Source: Patescibacteria group bacterium
GTDB lineage: Bacteria > Patescibacteriota > Minisyncoccia > Phycocordibacterales > UBA918
NCBI GenBank assembly: GCA_019752815.1
Contig: JAIELQ010000014.1
Location: forward strand, 1,035 to 65,034
Length of the DNA: 64,000 nucleotides
Reading direction: 5' to 3'
Made by a program: the position numbers and the translations under genes. Within the stretch, counting starts at the first letter, position 1, and the number at the start of each line of letters is the position of its first letter. Of the stretch, positions 8,091 to 18,499 are shown piece by piece. Below the pieces are notes generated by a model that worked only from the letters and a program-made list of their open reading frames with translations, did not search any database and was not told the DNA's origin.

Positions 8091-10220
8091 ATGAGTTTTG
8101 ACCCTGAGAAAATTACCTTTTTTGCTAAAACTGATGCCCGTGGGCAGAATTTGTCGTTTGGTATTAAAGCGCGCGATCGCCAGCGCCACATGTATATTGT
8201 GGGTAAAACAGGAATGGGTAAGTCGACTTTGCTCGAGAATATGGCCGTGCAAGACATTCAAAATGGCGAGGGGATGGCCTTTATTGACCCGCACGGTTCG
8301 GCAGCAGAACTATTACTCGAATACATTCCTGAACACCGGATTAATGACGTGATTTATTTTGCACCGTTTGATTTAGAAAACCCAATTTCTTTTAACGTGA
8401 TGGAAGACGTGGGGCATGATAAACGACACTTGGTCGTATCGGGTTTGATGTCGACGTTTAAGAAAATTTGGGTGGATGCTTGGAGTGCACGAATGGAGTA
8501 CATTTTAACCAATGCACTTTTAGTTTTAATTGAGTATCCGGATACGACACTGCTGTCAGTGAATCGCATTTTTAATGATAAAGCCTATCGTACTAAAGTG
8601 GTGGATTACTGTACTGACCCGGCGGTTAAATCGTTTTGGGTAGATGAGTTCGCAAATTACACTGAACGGTTTGCCGCCGAAGCCTTGCCGGCGATTCAAA
8701 ATAAAATTGGACAGTTTACCGGGAACCCACTGATTCGAAATATTATCGGTCAACCAAATTCTAGTTTTGATTTCCGTAAATGTATGGACGAGAAAAAAAT
8801 TGTCATCATGAACCTCTCCAAAGGATTAGTGGGGGAGACAAATGCCAACTTGCTCGGGTCCATGTTGACCACCCGCATTTACTTGGCGGCAATGAGTCGC
8901 GCTGATTTACCATTAGCTCAGATGAAGGTGATGCCGAACTTTTACTTCTACGTCGATGAGTTCCAAAGTTTTGCCAATGCCACCTTTGCGAACATTTTAT
9001 CCGAGGCTCGAAAATATCACCTTAACTTGATTATTGCGCACCAGTATATTGAACAAATGGAAGAGGAGGTGCGTGATGCGGTATTTGGTAACGTGGGAAC
9101 TACCATCTCCTTCCGGGTTGGTCCGTTTGATGCCGAAACACTCGAGACGGTATTCACACCGAGGTTCCTGGCGGCAGATTTAGTGAATCTCGGGTTTGCT
9201 CAAATTTATCTTACCCTGATGATTGATGGTATCGGCTCACAGCCGTTTTCTGCCCGTACCCTTGATCCAATTAAACCCCCGGCAATATCCTACAAAGACA
9301 TGGTGATTGCTGCTTCCCGTCGCAACTTCACCAAACCGCGCCTTGAGGTAGAAAAAATCGTTACCGATTTACACACCCCCGAAAAGATAGAAAAAAAAAG
9401 TCCCGTAGTAAAACCGAACCCGTCACCGAAACCACAAGCGGAAGTAAAGCCTCAGCCGAAGGAAGTATCGACCCCCGCGAACTCCGCTAGTGTAACCCCA
9501 GCTCCAATTTCGCCGCGTAATCCTGAACCGTCACCTCGACCGACCCCGGCCATCGCGCGACCAATTGAGCACAAGCCACGCGAAGACAAGCCAGTCCATA
9601 ACAAACGAGAGGAGCGACCGCAGCCACCAAAACCACGAACCGTACCAGCAGCTGAAGTGAAGCGACCAGCAGCGCCGGCCCCAAAGCCAATACCAAAAGT
9701 TGATGACTTACGTTCGATACTAGCCAAAATTGCCCAGTCTAATCAGGCTGATACTAAAAAGCCTGTTTCAGATAGTCCACAAACGACACCGGCAAAAAAC
9801 AACACGAGCCAATCAACGTTTAAAAAAATAGAGTCCAACATTACGCCACTGCAGGCAGCCTTGTCTGAGTTAAAAAAAGTCGGGAATGGCAATGTACCGC
9901 GCGAGTTGCCGCCCCGACCATTTCCGCTACCTCAGCCACAACCACAACCACAACCACAACCATCAGCCTTTACTCCTACTTCAGTTATTATAAAAACCGA
10001 AGCTGAGAACCTGCATTCGGAAATTGAGAGTGTGTTTGCAAACCTCGATAAACAAGTGCCAGCCAAAAATCAATCACCCACACCAGTTCACACTGAAGTA
10101 CCTCAGGCTGAAATTACACCAACACCAACACCAACACCAACACTAACAAATAATCTTGATAGTAAACAACTAGCAAAAATACTCCGCTCTGGTGCTCCCG
10201 AAAAATCGCCGTTCCGGTAA
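8091..10220 (+). CDS. TraD/VirD4-like coupling ATPase (HerA/FtsK superfamily) with Pro-rich C-terminal tail
   Basis: GKTGMGKS Walker A, IDPHG, YVDEFQ Walker B, SEARKY, AHQYIEQ. Confidence 0.82.
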   Translation: MSFDPEKITFFAKTDARGQNLSFGIKARDRQRHMYIVGKTGMGKSTLLENMAVQDIQNGEGMAFIDPHGSAAELLLEYIPEHRINDVIYFAPFDLENPISFNVMEDVGHDKRHLVVSGLMSTFKKIWVDAWSARMEYILTNALLVLIEYPDTTLLSVNRIFNDKAYRTKVVDYCTDPAVKSFWVDEFANYTERFAAEALPAIQNKIGQFTGNPLIRNIIGQPNSSFDFRKCMDEKKIVIMNLSKGLVGETNANLLGSMLTTRIYLAAMSRADLPLAQMKVMPNFYFYVDEFQSFANATFANILSEARKYHLNLIIAHQYIEQMEEEVRDAVFGNVGTTISFRVGPFDAETLETVFTPRFLAADLVNLGFAQIYLTLMIDGIGSQPFSARTLDPIKPPAISYKDMVIAASRRNFTKPRLEVEKIVTDLHTPEKIEKKSPVVKPNPSPKPQAEVKPQPKEVSTPANSASVTPAPISPRNPEPSPRPTPAIARPIEHKPREDKPVHNKREERPQPPKPRTVPAAEVKRPAAPAPKPIPKVDDLRSILAKIAQSNQADTKKPVSDSPQTTPAKNNTSQSTFKKIESNITPLQAALSELKKVGNGNVPRELPPRPFPLPQPQPQPQPQPSAFTPTSVIIKTEAENLHSEIESVFANLDKQVPAKNQSPTPVHTEVPQAEITPTPTPTPTLTNNLDSKQLAKILRSGAPEKSPFR

Positions 10221-10251
10221 CAAATCTGACACTACATCCGTTATATCCTGT

Positions 10252-10944
10252 ATGACCTCACAATCTCAATCTGATACACCTAAAATTCCAAAAATTATCC
10301 ACTACATCTGGGTGGGCGGTAAACCGTTGTCGCCCTTGGCCGAGCAGTGTTTAGCGAGCTGGAAAAAATATTTACCTGAGTACGAACTACGATTGTGGAA
10401 CGAACTCAACAGCCCGATGGCTCATCCCTATGTGGCTGAAATGTATGATCAAAAAAAATGGGCGTTTGTGTCCGACTATATTCGTTTTTGGGCCCTTAAA
10501 AATGAGGGAGGAATTTACCTCGATACCGATATGGAAATCCTCAAACCCCTGACTTCACTGATTGAGACTGTGAGCGGGGAAGGGTTTGTAGGTACCAGTC
10601 GTAGCGGGCAAATTGAATCAAGTATCATTGGAGCTGTAGCCGGGGCTTCATTTGTGAACGAGGCACTCAAATTTTACGAGACTACCCTCGTTTACTCTAC
10701 CAAAGAAACTTCGCCATTGGTACTTAGCCGAGCTATCAATGTAAACCCTGCTAACGTAACTATTTTTCCCGCCACCCATTTTTTTCCCTGCGAAGAAGGT
10801 GAGTACTGCGGACCAAAGAAACTACAAGGAGCCTACGGCCGCCACCACTGGGCCGAATCCTGGGTACCGTATGCCCGAACGAGAAAGGTGCTACGCCGGG
10901 TTGGCGTTATGGGGTTGCTTAAAAAAATAAAGAATCTATTTTAG
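10252..10944 (+). CDS. Glycosyltransferase family 32 (Och1/DxD-type)
   Basis: IPKIIHYIWVGG, AFVSDYIR, GGIYLDTD; start moved to the ATG at 10252. Confidence 0.85.
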   Translation: MTSQSQSDTPKIPKIIHYIWVGGKPLSPLAEQCLASWKKYLPEYELRLWNELNSPMAHPYVAEMYDQKKWAFVSDYIRFWALKNEGGIYLDTDMEILKPLTSLIETVSGEGFVGTSRSGQIESSIIGAVAGASFVNEALKFYETTLVYSTKETSPLVLSRAINVNPANVTIFPATHFFPCEEGEYCGPKKLQGAYGRHHWAESWVPYARTRKVLRRVGVMGLLKKIKNLF

Positions 10945-10950
10945 TAGTTA

Positions 10951-10983
10951 AAAAATCCTTAGAATTTAATTCTAAGGATTTTT
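10951..10983. terminator. Bidirectional terminator between convergent genes
   Basis: AAAAATCCTTAGAAT-TTA-ATTCTAAGGATTTTT. Confidence 0.75.
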
Positions 10984-10985
10984 AA

Positions 10986-11936
10986 TTACATGAACGGACT
11001 GCCTTTAAAGTAATTATTCGAAGCCAGCAGTGCATCAAGCTCTTCTTTGGGCATACAGTGTAATTCAGAGCTGTAACCTTGGGGCGGAAGTGTCACACTG
11101 CCATCAATATTTCGATAGTGGATGGTGTACATTTCATTCTGCGCATCGTAGGAGACGCGATCTGATTCAGCGTACGCAATCATTTGTTCATGAGCTTTTT
11201 CCGAAATACGAGGTTCGCCGATATCAAACTTCAGTCCAAACCGGTCACGGTAAATCTCAAAAATATCAGCAATTTTCATGGCCGGTAATGCCGGTACCAC
11301 ACTCACACCGGTTTGCTGTAATGCATACTCTACACATTCAGCCGCTCGGCCACCCTCAATCATGAATCGGGTCATTTCCGTGCCGTAGAGTTTCAAGGTA
11401 TAACCCTTTTCGATTGAATCCCAAATCAAGGGAATGACCGAACCGGTTGAATTGAATACGTTGCCATAAATTACTGACGATAACCGGGTCGTTTCTTTTT
11501 CGGCATTGATGATAAATAGTTCACCCCCCACAAACTTCATCGCACCATACAGGGTAGTCGCAGCGCGACTTTTATCAGTTGAAATAAAGGTGGCGGCCTT
11601 CATCTTATGTTCCAGTGCTACTCGGCGTGAGTTCACTGCACCAATCACAATCGTATCGATAGCTTCCTCAATGTTTTGGTCAACCGCTTCGATTTGTTTG
11701 AGTGATGCGGCAAAAATTCCAATGGTGTGACCAGCACTGGCTTTGTGTAACCGCTCATAATTTTGTACATTGCCAATTACGCAATTTACTTTGGGAAACT
11801 GTTTTTTTATAAAATAGTGTTTGGCTTCGTCACGGCTGTAGACCGTAATTTCGTTGTCGTCGTAGTAGCGTTTGATGAGGTGCTTTCCTAAAAAACCTGC
11901 TCCGCCTGTGATAAATATTTTTTCGCCTTTGAGCAT
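10986..11936 (-). CDS. PseB/FnlA/CapD-like NDP-sugar 4,6-dehydratase
   Basis: ITGGAGFLG, SRDEAKH, ISTDK, YGAMK, YGNV..S.GSVIP, MTRF. Confidence 0.8.
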   Translation of the reverse strand: MLKGEKIFITGGAGFLGKHLIKRYYDDNEITVYSRDEAKHYFIKKQFPKVNCVIGNVQNYERLHKASAGHTIGIFAASLKQIEAVDQNIEEAIDTIVIGAVNSRRVALEHKMKAATFISTDKSRAATTLYGAMKFVGGELFIINAEKETTRLSSVIYGNVFNSTGSVIPLIWDSIEKGYTLKLYGTEMTRFMIEGGRAAECVEYALQQTGVSVVPALPAMKIADIFEIYRDRFGLKFDIGEPRISEKAHEQMIAYAESDRVSYDAQNEMYTIHYRNIDGSVTLPPQGYSSELHCMPKEELDALLASNNYFKGSPFM

Positions 11937-12027
11937 AGGAATATGGAATTAAGTAGGGCTAGTATATCACTGAAAACAACGCTTTGCCTAGTCAAAATTG
12001 GCTCTATGAGCCTGGTATATCTATGAT

Positions 12028-12984
12028 ATGCTAAACATCATGAGTAGCATCTGTATCACCGGTATAGGAGGATATTTGGGCCTAGCAACGGCCTTTAGAT
12101 TGGTGTCAGAGGGATATTCGGTCGTAGGAATCGGCAGTAATGAACAAGCTGCCGAAAACCTGCCACCGGGGGTAGTCTATGCCGGAATTGATATTCGTGA
12201 TCCAGAAGCTCTGGCACAGTTTTTCACTGCTCATCAGGTGACCACGGTCTATCATTTTGCCGCCATTAAATATGTAGGCCAGTGTGAAGCAGATCCGGTA
12301 CTGTGTTATGACATAAACACTAACGGAACAAAAGCGGTGTTGGCAGCAATGAAAACTGCAGCCGTACCGAAAATTATCTACGCCTCAACTTATGCCGTCT
12401 ACGATTGGTCCGGAGACACTATTACGCTCACGGAAAAATCGAGCACCAACCCAGCTACGGTGTATGGCAAATCAAAATTACAAAGCGAACAAATGATTGC
12501 TGAGGCACATACAGCGGGAGAAATTTCCCGGTACCATATTCTCCGGTATGGAAACATTGTAGGGGCGGTACCAGAATTACCTACCCACACTCCACAAAGT
12601 TTTCTCGATAAGATGCTCGTTGCCACAAAAACTGGCGAGACTATCTCACTTACTGGTGGCGATTACACAACTGTCGACGGCACAGTCGCGCGAGATTTTA
12701 TTGATATACGAGATGCGGCTGCCGCCAATGTTCAGGTGCTGTCTCATCCCGAATCAGGAATCTATAACGTCTCCTCATATAGGGCGACAACACTGAAACA
12801 GCTTATGCAGTTGTGCGAGACAGTAACTGGCACAAAAATTTCTGTAACGATTAATCCAAAAATAGGGAATGAACCGTCTTCAATTACTATAGACAATACG
12901 CAACTTATAACGACGTTAGGATTTCAACCGAAGTATTCTCTCATTGAAACTATAGAAGCACTCGCACAAAAGCTAACGAGCTAA
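12028..12984 (+). CDS. GalE-like NAD-dependent epimerase/dehydratase
   Basis: TGIGGYLG, HFAA, YGKSK, DGTVARDFI. Confidence 0.8.
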   Translation: MLNIMSSICITGIGGYLGLATAFRLVSEGYSVVGIGSNEQAAENLPPGVVYAGIDIRDPEALAQFFTAHQVTTVYHFAAIKYVGQCEADPVLCYDINTNGTKAVLAAMKTAAVPKIIYASTYAVYDWSGDTITLTEKSSTNPATVYGKSKLQSEQMIAEAHTAGEISRYHILRYGNIVGAVPELPTHTPQSFLDKMLVATKTGETISLTGGDYTTVDGTVARDFIDIRDAAAANVQVLSHPESGIYNVSSYRATTLKQLMQLCETVTGTKISVTINPKIGNEPSSITIDNTQLITTLGFQPKYSLIETIEALAQKLTS

Positions 12985-13797
12985 GGAGCCAATTTCTTTG
13001 GCTGCTAAATCAAAAAATTGCCCTGTGTCCCAGGCGGTGTAGCCTAATACGGCAAGGTCATACACCATGACTTTAGCGGCTTCAGCTGCGGAAATCATAA
13101 ACAGTACTTCATTCGCTGGTAGATTTTTCTCTGTCACGACAGCTAATCCTTTTTGGGTTAACTCCTCGTATACTTGCCAGGCATCTGAAGACGGCCCCTC
13201 AATTAAAGTGGTGGATTTACCAAGTTTGATATCGGTAAATCGTTCGATATTAGAAGTGATGATTATGATGTGTTTGGTATCGAGGTAATTTTTAATCGCT
13301 GCAAAATCGATGTGAGGATTGTATTTAGGGTGAAATGCAAGGGCGTCACCGTACTGCTTGTCTGTCCGTAAAAATTTTTTAAGGATAACTTTAGCGGCAA
13401 TCCAAATAGGCCATTCATGAGCAATACCTTCATGTATAAATTGCTCATTAGATTTTGTAATGAAGGTGTGCGGAAAACAAAAAAGTGTATTACTGTCTTG
13501 ACCGTCTTTTAAAACCGTCTCAAGTTTTTTAGCAAATGCTCGATTGTAACGAAATTGCCAGTTATTAAAATAAATACTAGAACCAAACAAGTACCCAAAG
13601 GTACCATCACCAATTCGAATAATTGAACGATCTGTTTCTGTGATGGCGGTAATAGTTTGGGCACCAGATAAAAATTTATAGTTCAAATAGTCTTTGCTCT
13701 TGGTATCAGCAATGTGTCTCCAGTATAAATTGGTACGCAAAAATGTCAGTATTAAAATAGGATTATCAAGAAATTTTTTGACACGTTGTCTCCACAT
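12973..13797 (-). CDS. GT-D fold (DUF1792-like) glycosyltransferase
   Basis: SIIRIGDG N-terminal motif; AKVMVYDL..LGYTAWDTGQ C-terminal motif. Confidence 0.65.
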   Translation of the reverse strand: MWRQRVKKFLDNPILILTFLRTNLYWRHIADTKSKDYLNYKFLSGAQTITAITETDRSIIRIGDGTFGYLFGSSIYFNNWQFRYNRAFAKKLETVLKDGQDSNTLFCFPHTFITKSNEQFIHEGIAHEWPIWIAAKVILKKFLRTDKQYGDALAFHPKYNPHIDFAAIKNYLDTKHIIIITSNIERFTDIKLGKSTTLIEGPSSDAWQVYEELTQKGLAVVTEKNLPANEVLFMISAAEAAKVMVYDLAVLGYTAWDTGQFFDLAAKEIGSLAR

Positions 13798-13808
13798 AAC
13801 AAGTAACT

Positions 13809-14630
13809 CTATGACTTTTTTATAAATAAATGATCGTGATGTGAAGTTTTCTCAAGTTTGAAATTATACGCTGAGACTAATTGATTGACATCATCTGGAG
13901 TACTACTTTCAATCATGAGACATGATCCCGGCAACATGTTTGTTAACGTACGCGACATTCCTGCTAGTACCTCTAATTCAAAACCCTCGGTATCAATTTT
14001 TATAAAACTAATTTTTGAGGCTTTATCAATTGAAACCACGTCATCAAATACCCTAACAGGCACCTGCAGAATATTATCGCTTTGAATATCGACAATACGG
14101 CCGCCTCCCTTATGTAACGGGTCGCAGGTAAAAGAAACAGTGCTGGTATTGCTTCCTAAGGCATAGTCATGCACGGTAATTTTTTGCGTTAGATTATTTA
14201 AGGAAATATTCTCTCTAAGAATATGCACTACTTCTGGATTTGGTTCGAAGGCTATGACTTCAGCGTATGAATATCTAGTTGGGGCGATAATTGAATACAA
14301 ACCCCGATTGGCTCCAATATCAACAAATACATCTTGAGTTGTTGGGGTAGTAAGCCAGTCTCGAAGGTGTTCTTCAAAATAATCAGAACAGATAGTAGTA
14401 CTGTCATCAAAAGCTTCGACTGCAAAAATCCCAGTTTTGTTTTTAATAATAAATTTATTTTTGGGAAGGCGTGCCACAAGCATGTGAATGGCCGTATCTA
14501 ACATACTGCTTGTGCGCTGTAACAATGAGAAAAGCTTTGTGAGCCAAAACGTTAAAAAAAATGCTGTACGTGAACCGTCAAGAAGTTCCGTAGCTGAATA
14601 TGATTCCTGCAAAACTGATAATTTATTCAT
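13809..14630 (-). CDS. FkbM family methyltransferase
   Basis: VDIGANRG, AFEPNP, IKIDTEGFE; start moved to the ATG at 14630. Confidence 0.85.
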   Translation of the reverse strand: MNKLSVLQESYSATELLDGSRTAFFLTFWLTKLFSLLQRTSSMLDTAIHMLVARLPKNKFIIKNKTGIFAVEAFDDSTTICSDYFEEHLRDWLTTPTTQDVFVDIGANRGLYSIIAPTRYSYAEVIAFEPNPEVVHILRENISLNNLTQKITVHDYALGSNTSTVSFTCDPLHKGGGRIVDIQSDNILQVPVRVFDDVVSIDKASKISFIKIDTEGFELEVLAGMSRTLTNMLPGSCLMIESSTPDDVNQLVSAYNFKLEKTSHHDHLFIKKS

Positions 14631-14637
14631 AAATTTT

Positions 14638-15402
14638 TTACTTAATAAAGGCTCGGATGATACGCATTTTAACATACAGCCAAAAAAGTGGAGATAAGTA
14701 CAAATTACGTCCTGATGCCTCACGAATAATCGTGGGAATTAGTCGTAACTGATCACTGGTGGAGCGGGTGCGGAGATTTAGTCCCGTAGCGTCGTAGCCG
14801 CTAGTTAGAGTGGTAACAATTGGTTCGTAATAAAAACGAGTATATGTGCCCAGTTCAGCGTAGAATAACCACTCCTCGGCTTGTTTAATGGTGGTAGGGA
14901 AGCGAAGTTTGTGGGTGTCTTTTGTAAGGAGTGACGCGTTAACGCAGTGAGTGGCATCACCTTTGAACCGTCGAGTGATTAAATAATCCCAAATGTATGA
15001 GTACATTTTTTTACTTTCACCAGTGGTAGTTGGGGTAGATTCGTTAGTGCCCCGGGCAGTTACTATCCAGGGTGATGGAGAAGTAGCAATGAGTGCAGTC
15101 AGTTTCGCGAGGGCTTCTGGCGCAAGTGTGTCATCGTCATCAAGAAAAATCACCCAGACACTCTGGCTCGAAACTTTCTCTAGTCCGCGGTTGCGACTGT
15201 AGTTCACTCCTCGATTTGAATCATTTTCTAAAATATGAATCCGACTATCATAAAAAGCTTTAATAGCTTCGGTTGCCCCATCACCTGGATTGTCATTAAC
15301 AATAATCATCTCCCAGTCAGGTACCGATTGAGCTATGACTGACTGTACCGCTCGCATCAATTCACTAGGTCGTTTATAGGTAGGAGTAATGATGGTAAAC
15401 AT
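14638..15402 (-). CDS. Glycosyltransferase family 2
   Basis: IITPTYKR, IIVND, SRNRG, FLDDDD. Confidence 0.85.
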   Translation of the reverse strand: MFTIITPTYKRPSELMRAVQSVIAQSVPDWEMIIVNDNPGDGATEAIKAFYDSRIHILENDSNRGVNYSRNRGLEKVSSQSVWVIFLDDDDTLAPEALAKLTALIATSPSPWIVTARGTNESTPTTTGESKKMYSYIWDYLITRRFKGDATHCVNASLLTKDTHKLRFPTTIKQAEEWLFYAELGTYTRFYYEPIVTTLTSGYDATGLNLRTRSTSDQLRLIPTIIREASGRNLYLSPLFWLYVKMRIIRAFIK

Positions 15403-15502
15403 AGAAAGGTGATAGAGGAATAGATTTGCATTTATCGCAGAAGTTATGCAGATTGTAAGTAAAGCTTCTGTGCAAGTTTGGTCATGTCACGTAGGTTATA
15501 TT

Positions 15503-16192
15503 TTACTCTTTGGAAAAGTTCCCTGCACTTTTCTCGCCCCAGATACCCATGTAATAATCCCCCTGATCATGTTTAGTGCCGCCAAAGGTGAGTGTCCATT
15601 CGGGGAATTGAGATTGCCACCAGGCTTTGGATCTGATGTGCCACATGCGTTGATGCCACGGTTTTTTCTCACTCCAACACTCAGAAAATGCTAGTACTGA
15701 TCCAGCGGGTGCGACTGCACAAATAGCCCGGCATATTTTTTCTACCTCTTTATCGCGCAGGTGACTCAGAACGCAGCCGGTGATAAATATTGCTGGTTCA
15801 GTCAGTCTAAGCGTAGGAAGTAACTCCTCAGCAAAGCCTTGGTGCCACGTAATATTCGGGTAGGATTCAGCAGGGTAGGCACGTTTAGAGATATCAATCG
15901 CAGCTGCTGAAGGTTCAAGTGCAATGACGTTTAGACCAAGAGAATGGACTGAAGCTGCTACCCAGCCAGTACCACTGCCAATATCAACAGCGGTTTTTAC
16001 ATTAGGATGTTTAGCGAGTAGGTCGCGAATGCCGAAATCAGGCCAGTTGATACGATCTTCTTGAATGTTCTTGTAGCCAGCATCACGATCTTGTTCGAAT
16101 TTTCCTGGAGCTTCGTATTGCGCATTGTGTCGTTTAAAACTCTCTTCCTGACCTTGAATAAATGTGCTAAGTGCTTTAAGAATTTTTTTCAT
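15503..16192 (-). CDS. Class I SAM-dependent methyltransferase
   Basis: VDIGSGTG motif I. Confidence 0.75.
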   Translation of the reverse strand: MKKILKALSTFIQGQEESFKRHNAQYEAPGKFEQDRDAGYKNIQEDRINWPDFGIRDLLAKHPNVKTAVDIGSGTGWVAASVHSLGLNVIALEPSAAAIDISKRAYPAESYPNITWHQGFAEELLPTLRLTEPAIFITGCVLSHLRDKEVEKICRAICAVAPAGSVLAFSECWSEKKPWHQRMWHIRSKAWWQSQFPEWTLTFGGTKHDQGDYYMGIWGEKSAGNFSKE

Positions 16193-16200
16193 AATTATGT

Positions 16201-17907
16201 TTACTTACCCAGCCAAAAACGAACCTGCCGGTAGATTGCTTTGGCTACAATACGAATATTTTGTGTGTAATGTAGCTTATATAATACACGTCTTAGAGGA
16301 TGGGGGAATGGATTTGCTACCACATCGATATAAATTTCCTCAAAGCGTTTAATTTGATTAGTGAGCTCATAGTGATCAGTAAAGCGTTGGCGGGCATTTT
16401 GTGACGTTTCTGTATAGTATGTTGTGTCCTGCCTCAGTTTCGTTAACTCGGCTGCGTACTCATCAATGGTTTTGAGCACCTTACCACCGGTACCAATACA
16501 TTCAATGTGGCCATTATTTATTTCGGATACGTGACTCACAATTGGTAGTCCAAAATACATTCCTTCAGCCATAGCCTGAGAGTTTACTTCACCATCCTTG
16601 CGGCCATGTGCGTACACATTAAGCGTAGATAAGAATTTAAAAATAATTTCTGAATCTCCAGTTGTTGGTAGGAACGTAATATTTTTTATGCCAAGTTCCA
16701 ACGCTTGTTTTTGGTAGAGGGTACTTCCTCCGAGCATAATGAACCAGGTATTCTCATTTTCAATTTTTTTGTAGGCTGCTAATGGAAAGGGGGAGAAAAT
16801 ACTATCAGAAGCTCGTTGGTGCATACCGTATATAAATTTGTTATCAAGCGATAACTCAGATCGATAGGTACCGTAATCTCGTGTTTCGATATCAATAGGC
16901 AGAGAAATAATCCGAACTCGTTTGCTATCACCACCACTTTTTATCCATTGATCGGCACTCCACTGGCATATGTGCAGTGATCGCGCAATATTGTATTGGT
17001 TATCGCAACCAGCTTTAAGGGCGATAATTTCGAGGATAGGTGTGCGTTTGATTTTTGTGAATGGGTATTCAGGGTGTCCCGGGCGACCAGTCTGAATAAC
17101 GTCGTATTTTGTTTCGTCAAATTTTTCCCAAAAATCTGTACCGTGCCATGTCTGATACGGGTTAACCATATTTACTTCCCCTACGGTAAAGGGAACAAGA
17201 TTAACATTGTGCGCCTTCATGTATGCAAGCCGGAAAGGGTCAGTATCTGGGTAGTTATATGTAATGCCTCGAAACGGGCTGGCATTACAATAATAGTAGT
17301 CCACATCAAAACGGGTTTTGTCTAAATTAGCAGCAATGATCTGCAACATTTTTTCAGTTCCTCCGGCAGACATTCCACCATATTTCACAAACGCGATTTT
17401 AATTTTAGATGGTGTGTACTGGGTAAGTACTTCTTCGGGGTGGTCAGTGCTAATTAAAATAGTTTGCGCCAGCCCAAATTTCCTACCGGCATCAATATCT
17501 GTTTGACTATCACCAATGAGTATTGATCGTGCAGTATCAATAGGATACTTTGCGGCTGCTTGGCGCAATAGCCCGTCATTGGGTTTTCGGCAATCACACG
17601 TTCCATCTAAATGTGGGCAATAGAATACATCAAGAATAGTTATTCCGTGCTCTTTTAATCCAGTAATCATATGATCGTGAATGGCTGTAAGAGATGCTAA
17701 CGTCATTTTTCCACGAGCCACTCCTTGCTGATTTGTAACTACGATAAACTCAAACCCATCACGAGCAAGAGTTTTTAGTACATTAAATATTCCTTGATTA
17801 AAGACAAAATCACTAACAGAGGTTATGTACTCATGTGGGGGAGCATTGACGTTAATTACTCCATCACGGTCCAAAAAAGCAATTTTTTTAACCCTGACGT
17901 TTTTCAT
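16201..17907 (-). CDS. gmhB: D,D-heptose-1,7-bisphosphate phosphatase (GmhB, HAD) fused to a GT-B/GT4-like glycosyltransferase
   Basis: FLDRDGVIN, VTNQQG, CPH..CDCRKP, IGDSQTD; C-terminal GGTEK and GEVNSQAMAEGMYFGLPIV (E-x7-E). Confidence 0.8.
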   Translation of the reverse strand: MKNVRVKKIAFLDRDGVINVNAPPHEYITSVSDFVFNQGIFNVLKTLARDGFEFIVVTNQQGVARGKMTLASLTAIHDHMITGLKEHGITILDVFYCPHLDGTCDCRKPNDGLLRQAAAKYPIDTARSILIGDSQTDIDAGRKFGLAQTILISTDHPEEVLTQYTPSKIKIAFVKYGGMSAGGTEKMLQIIAANLDKTRFDVDYYYCNASPFRGITYNYPDTDPFRLAYMKAHNVNLVPFTVGEVNMVNPYQTWHGTDFWEKFDETKYDVIQTGRPGHPEYPFTKIKRTPILEIIALKAGCDNQYNIARSLHICQWSADQWIKSGGDSKRVRIISLPIDIETRDYGTYRSELSLDNKFIYGMHQRASDSIFSPFPLAAYKKIENENTWFIMLGGSTLYQKQALELGIKNITFLPTTGDSEIIFKFLSTLNVYAHGRKDGEVNSQAMAEGMYFGLPIVSHVSEINNGHIECIGTGGKVLKTIDEYAAELTKLRQDTTYYTETSQNARQRFTDHYELTNQIKRFEEIYIDVVANPFPHPLRRVLYKLHYTQNIRIVAKAIYRQVRFWLGK

Positions 17908-18499
17908 TGCGGGCTTGTAAGTGATCGAAATAGTCTTGGAAATATTTAGTTAGTAAGTGCAATATTGCATGATGAACACTTTCCACAACAGTGTAATTCC
18001 CCGGTTCAGTTTTAATGACAATTTTCGCGTCAGCGAGTTCATTTAATTTGCCACCATCAAACCCTGATAAGCCAATGACTGGAACGTGACGTGATTTTGC
18101 AAGTTCTACAGCCTTGATAATGTTAGGTGATTTGCCAGAACTGCTAATCGCGATAATGCAGTCAGCTTCTTGGAGGTAGTTCTGAAGCGGTCCGGCAAAC
18201 ACCATATCAAAACCAATATCATTGGCCCAGGCTGACATTTCCTCTTCAGTAGACGGGAGTCTGATGGCTTGGAAACGACGAGTATGGCCTTCGAGGTTAT
18301 GACTAAAAACAGTTTTGTTAAAGTCACTTACCCAGTGTGTAGCAATCGCGAGTGAGCCTCCGTTACCAAAAATGTAAATTCTGCCATCACGTTCATACAC
18401 CGATTGAAGTATGTGTGTAGCTTTGGCAATTTCGTCAGCTGGAGCGTTTTTGAGGTGGACACAAACATCCTCCATAAAGTCTTCGATAAATTTATGCAT
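17888..18499 (-). CDS. gmhA: Phosphoheptose isomerase (SIS domain)
   Basis: FGNGGS, AWAND, ISSSGKSPNI, GFDGGKL, ESVH; start moved to the ATG at 18499. Confidence 0.85.
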   Translation of the reverse strand: MHKFIEDFMEDVCVHLKNAPADEIAKATHILQSVYERDGRIYIFGNGGSLAIATHWVSDFNKTVFSHNLEGHTRRFQAIRLPSTEEEMSAWANDIGFDMVFAGPLQNYLQEADCIIAISSSGKSPNIIKAVELAKSRHVPVIGLSGFDGGKLNELADAKIVIKTEPGNYTVVESVHHAILHLLTKYFQDYFDHLQARNEKRQG

